Shown: one piece after another, positions 52,570 to 61,500 of the stretch
Layout of the letters: the number at the start of each line of letters is the position of its first letter
Numbering within the stretch: position 1 is the stretch's first letter
Virus record (IMG/VR): IMGVR_UViG_3300025771_003046
DNA length: 64,000 nucleotides
Strand: one strand, 5' to 3'
DNA from: an uncultured virus (IMG/VR IMGVR_UViG_3300025771_003046)
Taxonomy: Duplodnaviria > Heunggongvirae > Uroviricota > Caudoviricetes
Notes under the pieces: generated by a model
What the model was told of the DNA's origin: nothing
Databases searched by the model: none
What the model saw: the letters and a program-made list of their open reading frames with translations, nothing else
Position numbers and translations under genes: made by a program

Positions 52570-55500
52570 ATGTCTTTTATAAGCACGACAAGAGTAATAG
52601 AGAACAATCAAGAGGTTTTATTCGAAGGCCCATTAGATAAAGAAAGTAATGTACACACAGTTGCCGTACTGAATGAAGGTGTTTCGCCTAATTCTACAAC
52701 CGATCCAATTAAAGTTACATTAAGTCTTTATGATGCATCTGAGCCCGCGACAAGACCTTTTGCGATACTAGAAGTTGCTCCAGGTACTGATGCACAGTAT
52801 ACTAAAGTTATAAACATACGTCCTGGAGATCAACTAAGAGCCGAAACTGATGGTGGTGAAGTCACTATTATGATCGGCGCTTTCGTTGATGAAGATACTC
52901 TAGTAACAAGTATTTTTAATATAACAGGGCAGTATGATCATACAGTTACATATCAACCATATGATGTTGCATATTATCTTGGGTCAACATATGTTAATAC
53001 AACAGTAGACCAAACTGCTGTATATCCTACACAAGTTAATGGCGGTTGGACACCTTTAGGTTCTGGATTTAACGCATATGGTGAATTTGATCCACTTGTA
53101 TTATATCCGCCGTTGTCTGTTGTTAAGTGGGCTAACAATGTTTATGTTACAGTTACAGGATCTCCTGTTGGAGTTTATCCGAATGATTATAACAGTACGT
53201 GGATTTCTTTTACATCATTAACAAGTGACGAAATTCCAGATACGTCTGGTGTAAGTGCAAACGTTGCCGCAAGTATTACAATACTTAATAACAGATTAAA
53301 CACACTTACTACAACTGAAGTCCCAGAAGCATCTGATGCCGATTTAGAAGCAGCATCAGGATTTGAAAATGCTTACTTTACTAGAGCTAGAGCTCGTGAA
53401 TCTATTAGTGTAACAGGTGACTTAATTTATGATGTTAACACTGGTGTATTATCGGCTCAAACATTAACACAAGATGATGTTAATATATTCATTGACAATA
53501 GAGTGTCAAAATCATTTGTTGATGCATTAGGAGTTGATGCAGATACAGTTGATGGAATTGAAGGCACAGTATTAGCACGAACTGATATATCTCCAACATT
53601 TAGTCAAAACATTATAGTTTCAGGAGAAATGCGTGGCGACCTACGTGGTAATGTATTAGCTGACGATAGTAGTATTATAATCAATCATGCTACAAAAGAA
53701 ATTAACGGACGTTTCGAAGGTACACTAATTGCAGCAAATAGTGATGTTATTTTAAATACAGGTATAGATGGTTTTGACGCTACGTTCACTGGTACTACAT
53801 TTGGTGAACATAGAGGTGATGTTTTATCAGACGATTCGAATGTAATCATTGATGCTAGTTCAGGATTAATAAGCGGTGACTTAGAAGGTAACGTCACTGC
53901 AACCTTTGGTGTGTCACGATTTAATGATATTATTACTGATAACATTATTGTTCAAGAAGAATTACAAGTTGCTAACATTTTAGGTAACATTACGTCAACA
54001 GGTGTTAGTACATTTAATAACGTTGATATTAATGGCGGTTATATTGATAACGCTGTTATAAACACAACTAATATTACAGGTACAACTATTGTAGGTACCT
54101 ATATAGAAGCACAAACTGGTGGATTTAGAGGTGATATTCTATCTACAGGTACATCACGTTTCAACGACTTGATCGTTACAGGTGATCTAACATTTAACAC
54201 ATTAGAGGTACAAGCACTTGCTGACTTTAAATCTCTTGTAAATATCGACGGCGGACTTACAGTTGGCGGAACACTTAACGTTACTGGTGGAACTACATTT
54301 GGTAATATTAATGTTACTGGTGGACAAATTAGTGGCGTTACTTTGGGTAGTGGATCTTATCCAGTTGATATCGTTGCAGATGATGTAACAATTTTAAATT
54401 CATTTACTGCTACAGATGTTACTGCTGAATTTTCGACATTAATAGTTACAGACGAAATGACAGGTGATGTCAGCGGTAACTTGAGAGGAAATGTATTATC
54501 ACAAGATGGTACAACTGTTATAATAGATGCATTTGCTGGAATTATCAGAGGCGACTTAGTCGGCGACACAGTAGGACAACATACTGGTAATGTTGACGGT
54601 AATGTTGTAGGTAATGTAACAGGTAATGTTACTGCTGCTGCTGGACTATCGTCATTCTCTAGTATGAATGCACAAATTGGTGACATTGCTGCTCTTGAAG
54701 CAGGCTCATTAACAGTTACTGGTGCAGCAAGTTTTACAGGTGATCTAACATTTGACACACTACAAATTGCTTCATTAGCAGTTAATAACACATTGACAGT
54801 TTCTGGTATTTCAACCCTTGGATCAGTAGACATCGGCGGCGGCACAATGGATGCTGTAACAATCGGTGGCAATGTGCCTGCAAGTGTTACTGGTACAATT
54901 TTTACCGGTGACAAAATGTTTGCTGATTTATTTACAGGTAGCCTAAAGGGTGTCGTAGAAGGATCAGTTGAAGGTGACTTATACGGTAATGTCCTAGGAT
55001 TAGATAGTTCAATCGTTCTAAATACAAGTACTGCAAGAGCTACATTAGATGCTGATGTTACTGGACAGATTGATGCAACAGCAAATGGTGGCGGCGAAAG
55101 TAGATTTGATGATATAACCATTACTGGTGTATTTTCGTTACAAGGCGGCGGCCAACTTACGGGTGATCTAACAGGTAATGTAGTAGGTGACGTTACAGGT
55201 GATGTATATGCAAGTAACGGAGATAAGATTTTAGAAACAGGCAACGGAACAACTATTCCTGCAAAGTTAACAGGTAATGTAGAAGGCGAAGTATTAGGTA
55301 CATTTACTGGTACAGCTTCTGGAGACTTCACAGGTGATGTATTTGCTTACGATTCAACTAAAATGCTTGATGCGTTTTCTAATATATTGAGGGGTGATTT
55401 AGTTGGTAATGTAAGTGGTAATGTTTTAGGCGATTTAACAGGTAATGTTAACACTACAGGAACTCAAAGCGATGGTTTCTTTAGAAACTTAACAGTTGAA

Positions 55501-58500
55501 GATACACTTACATTTCCATCATTGAATATTTCGACAATTGATTCAGATAACATTGATGTTGATAATGCAATATTAGATGTTGTAACAATCGGCGCTGGTA
55601 TAACTACTGGTACAATTGACAACACTACTATTGGTGCTACAACCCCAAGAGGTGGTGTATTTACTACATTACAAGGTGCAATTATTGAAGCATCGAGTGA
55701 GTTTAGAGGTAACATTGTATCATCAGGATCTTCTAGATTTAACGAGCTTATTGTTACTGGCGATTTTGTAGCAAACTTACGTGGTGATATTATTGCTGAA
55801 GATTCAAGTGTAATTGTTAACAATGCAACAAAAACATTTTATGGAACACTACAAGGTACAACAGTTGGAACACTACAAGGTAATGTTATAGCAACTTCAG
55901 GACTAAGCGAATTTAATAGTATAAACGTAGCACAAGAAATATCAGGTACATTAAGAGGCGATGTAGTTGCACCTGATAGTACATTGTTAATTGATATATC
56001 TAGTCAAAATATAAACGGTAACGTAATAACAGCAACAGGTGGATTTAGTGGAGAGATTACTGGAACACTAGTAGGAGACATTAAGGCTACTGGTGGCCAG
56101 GTTGTTTTAGATTCAGGTACTGATGGCACAGATGCAACATTTGCAGGAAACGTAACAGGTAACGTTTTAAACACACTAGGTGAAACAGTACTAGATGCTA
56201 ATGCTGAAAGACTTACAGGTACATTAGCAGGTAATGTATACGCAATAGACGGAATATCACAAATACTAGACTCAGGCACAGATGGTACTGATGCTGTATT
56301 TACTGGACAAGTAATCGGAGATGTTACTGGGAATGTCACAGCCTCGTCAGGTGTTTCTAACTTTAATAATATAGTTATTGCTAACGAAGCAGTAGGTAAT
56401 TTTAAAGGTAATGTTCTTGCAGCAGATAGTTCTGTACTTGTTAATTATCTTGACTCGTCGATCACTGCTGCTACGATTACAGCAACAGGTAATTTTGTAG
56501 GTGACGTAATCGGTAATGTCGATACAAGAACAGTTGATGTTAACACAAGAAGTTATTTCCAAAACATCACAGTGTTGGGCGAAATTGACCTTAGTGGCGC
56601 ATCAGGTAATATTACTGCTGATATTGAAGGTACTTTAAAAGGTAATGTTGTTTCTACAACAGGTGACCCTAATGCTGCTGATGTATTATTATTAGATGCT
56701 GCTGGTAGATCGATTCTTAATATGGCATCAATTAGTTCTAATGAATTTACTGGTGACGAATTTATTGGTGATTTCCTTGGAGATTTATATTCTGCAGACG
56801 GATCATTTAGAGTATTAGATACAGGTGCAACAGGAAATCAAGCATATTACATCGGTGATATGAGAGGTAATGTACAAGGTAACTTACTCGGTGATGATTC
56901 GTCGGTAATTGTAAATTATGTTTCGGGTGACATTAATGGTAGAGTAGTTAGTTCTTCTCAAGGATTTCAAGGTAAAATTGAAGATCCAAATAACAATATG
57001 TCCTCTTTGTATGACTTAACAATTCGTAATAATTTATTTGTTGAAGGCACAACTACTACCGTTAATACTGATAACTTAGATATTAAAGATAATACAATTG
57101 TTTTAAACAAAGGACAAAGCGACGGAGTTACTGGTGTTGTACTAGGTACAGCAGGTATCCAAATTGACAGAGGCAACGGCGTAGATGCAAACCTACTTTG
57201 GACGGAAGACGGCGGCGCTGGCTATTGGGACTTTACAAATACTGCTCAAGTAAGAGGTGCATTTAGAGGTAATGTCACAGGTGATGTTTATAGTCCCTTT
57301 AATTCAGGAACTCCTATTCTAGACACAGGTACTGCAACTTTACCTGCTACATACATAGGTAATGTTGTAGGTGATATAGAAGGTAACGTAACTGTTGGCG
57401 CTGGCTTGTCTAGTTTCTTTAGCGTAAATGTTGAAGAAGAAATTGCTGGTAATTTACGTGGTAACGTATTAGCAAACGACAGTACTAAGATTATTGATTT
57501 TATTAACAGTAATATCTATGGTGCTACAATTTCAGCAACTGCTGGATTTAGTGGTGATGTATTTGGTAATATTGATGCTAGAGGAGAAAGTTCTGCAAGT
57601 TATAGTTATTTCCAAAACCTTAGTGTATCAGGTGACATCCAATTTGATAGTTTAAACATTGCTACACTTGAAGTAGGTACTGATTTAAACGTAGGTAACA
57701 ATGTAGATGTTACTGGTCAAATTACAGCAGGTAGTGTAGATATTGCTGGTGGTGAAATAGACGGCACAATTATAGGTTCAAATGTTGCTTCTGCTGCTAG
57801 TGTAACTACTCTTACAGTAACCACTGGTGATATTAATGTTACTCAAGGTACTATTAATATTACACAAGGTAACTTGAGTGCTGATACTATTTTTGCTGTT
57901 ACTGATTTTAGAGGTAATTTAGTAGGTAATGTTACTGGTAGTTTATCAGGCGGCACTGTAACAGGTGACGTTTATGGTAACCTTTATCGCCCAGGAGGCA
58001 CTACTCCTGTTCTTAATACTGGTACAGGCGGAGTTGAACCTCGACTTTACGGTAATGTAACAGGTAATGTTACAGGTGACGTATTAGGTGATGTAACAGG
58101 TAACGTGCAAGGTGTATTATACGGTAGTGTTATAAGTGAAGATAGCACAACAACTATTGTTAATGCTTCGTCTGGTTTAATTACAGGTGACATTAATTCA
58201 TCAGGTACATCTACTTTTAATAATATTGTTGTTGAAGGCGCATTAGACTTTACAACATTTGCTCTTAACGAAATTACAGTTAACACACTTCTACAGGTTG
58301 ACGGCACTGCTAACTTAACAGTAGCAAATATATTTGCTGGTAATATTGATAACACTAGAATAGGCGTTACAACTCCTTCAACTATTAAGGGTACTGTTAT
58401 TGAAGCAACTACTAAGTTTGTCGGTGACATTGCAGGTGAAGTAGATGGTAACGTTACTGGAGACTTAAGAGGTAATATAATAGGTGAAGATAGTTCAGTT

Positions 58501-61500
58501 ATTGTAGATAATGATCTTAAAAGATTTACAGGTAATTTACTAGGTGATGTATATACAACCGATGGTGTGACATTATTTAATATTTTAGATTCAGGAACAG
58601 ACGGCACAGATGCATCTATAATTGCAGATGTTAAAACACCTTTAGGTGCAACTATCGTTGATACAAGTGCTGCTACTGTCACAGCAACAGGCGGCTTTAC
58701 AGGCCAAATAGATGCGTCAGCTCCGGGCACTTCTCAATTCCATACAGTAACAGTTTCAAACAATTTAAGTGTTCCGGGAACTGTAAATGTTACTCAAACA
58801 GTTGAAGCATCAGGCGGTATCGAAAATACTTCAATAGGTGCAGGAAATACAGAATCAACTGGTGCGTTTACATCTATTACTACAACTGGAGCCGTTACTG
58901 TTGGCGGAGACTTAATAGTACAAGGTAATACAGTTACGTTAAATACTTCGACATTAGACGTTGAAGATTTAAACATTACTGTTGCAAAAGGTGCTGCAAA
59001 CGCTGCTGCTGCTGATGGCGCAGGCCTAACAGTTGATACAGCAGGAGCATGGATACAATATAAGAATCCAAGTGATCAATGGCGCTTTAATAAAGATATA
59101 GATTTAACAACAGAAAACGTAAGACTATTAGGTAACATTACTTCAACTGGTGTTTCAAACTTTAGTGGTACAGCAAACTTTAGTGGCACAGTCGATATGG
59201 CGGGTGCAACGATCAATAACTCAACTTTCCAAAATATGGATGTTGCTGCAACATCAGAGTTTAGCGGAAATATGACATTAGATACTGCTGCAAACTTTAC
59301 AATGATAAATGCCGCTGGTACTCCAGTAACAGTATTTTCAATCGACGGATCAAATGGTAATACTACGATTTCACAGGGCGGACAGTTTGAGATATTAGAT
59401 ACGTTATCTGCTTCGATGTTTAGTGTAGACGGCGGCACAGGAAATACGTTAGTTACAGGTACACTTGGTGTAGACGGCATAGTTAGTATTAATAACACAA
59501 CAGGATCTACTACTACAACAACGGGTGCGCTAATTGTAGACGGCGGTGTCGGCATAGCAGAAAACTTATTCATAGGCGGCAACTTAGATGTTGCTGGCAA
59601 TGCAGTTATTTCAGGTAATTTAACTTTTGGTGATGCTGCAACTGATACAGTAGCATTTGGCGCTGATATTAATAGTAGTATCATTCCAGATATAAACAAC
59701 ACATACGATTTAGGTAGTTCGGCACAGGCTTGGAGAGAACTTTATCTTACACAAAATATTAACTTTAAAGGTGCAACAGGTGATAATGAAATTATTGTTC
59801 CAACAAATTTATTTGATGCTCTAAGTATTAAAGATGATGCTAATACAAGCATAATTGACGTTGAAACAACTACAGGTGCTCCGGTTGTAAAAATTAACCC
59901 GAATACAACCGTTGCTGGCACTCTTGATGTTACAGGTGAAACTACACTAGCAAGTGCAATTATCAGTGATGTAAATCCAAGTAGAGTTGTACTATCAGGC
60001 GGTAGTAAAGAAATAAGTTACAGTGATCAATTTACATATTCAGCAGGCGCTGGAGTAATTGATGTAGACATTACTGGTAGTTTAGCAGTTGACAACTTAA
60101 CATTTGATGGAAATACAATTTCAAGTACAGATTCGAATGGCGCTATTATACTTGATCCGCAAGGTTCTGGTGTAGTTACAGTAAATGCTAACACAACAAT
60201 AAGTGGCACATTTACAAGCACAGGGCTTGCAAGCTTAGATAACGGTATTGATGTTAATGGTGCTGTGTTTACAGTTTCTAACACAGGTGCAGTTAATACT
60301 ACATCAACATTAGATGTTACTGGTCTTGCATCCCTTGATGGCGGAATTGACGTCGACGGTGCCTTTACTGTGGCAAATACAACAGGTAATATTACAACCT
60401 CAGGCACACTAGACATAACAGGCACAACTACTTTAAGAAATACGGTCGGCATACAAGGTATTACAACTATAAGTAACGCTAATGATGCGTCTAATGCAAC
60501 TTCAGGAGCATTAATAGTTTCAGGCGGCGCAGGAATTGCTAAAAAATTATTTGTTGCCGGCGACTTTGAAGTCGGCACAAATAGATTTAATGTAGCAGCA
60601 ACTACAGGTGATACAACTGTAGCAGGTGACTTTACTGTTACTAGCGGAACAGCATTCTTAGACGGTGGCATTAATGTTGATAGTGGTGCATTTATTGTGG
60701 CAAATACAACAGGTGATATTACAACCCTCGGTGATATTAGTATAGCAGATAGTAAGAAGTTACTAATTGGTACAGGAAACGATTTAGAAATCTTCCATGA
60801 TGGTTCTAATTCTTTTATTAAAGATGTTGGTGCAGGTAATTTAACAATAGCAACAGATGTACTAACACTTACAAAGGGTGACGGTACTAAAACAACAGCA
60901 GTATTAGATGCAGATGGTGCAACTGAACTTTATTACAATAATACAAAAAGATTTGAAACTACACTTGTAGGAGCAGATGTTACCGGAACATTCAACACTT
61001 CAGGACTTGCAACTTTAGATTCGGCTGTAATATCAGATTTACCTGCTAACAGAATTGTATATACAAGTGGTGCAAATGGTAGACTAATTAGCACAGCAGA
61101 TTTTGTAATAGACGGCACATCATTAAATGTAGGCTCAAATAATTTTGTTGTTACAGCAGCAACAGGTAACACTGCTATAGTTGGTACTTTAGACGTAACT
61201 GGCGAAACAACAGTAGGTAACTTAGTTGCTGACGATATAAAGTTAGGCGATGGCGAAAAGATACAATTTGGTAATGCACAAGATTTAGAAATTTATCACG
61301 ACGGATCTAATAGTTATATACATGAATCTGGTACAGGAGGTTTGATCCTAAGATCTGCCAACTCAATTCTTTTCCAAGACGCTACTAGTACAAAAACAGC
61401 CATGTCATTAACTGCTAACGGTAGCCAGATATTATACCATAATGATGTTCAAAGATTTCAAACAACTGTCTCTGGCGCAGATATAACAGGTGATGTTGAC

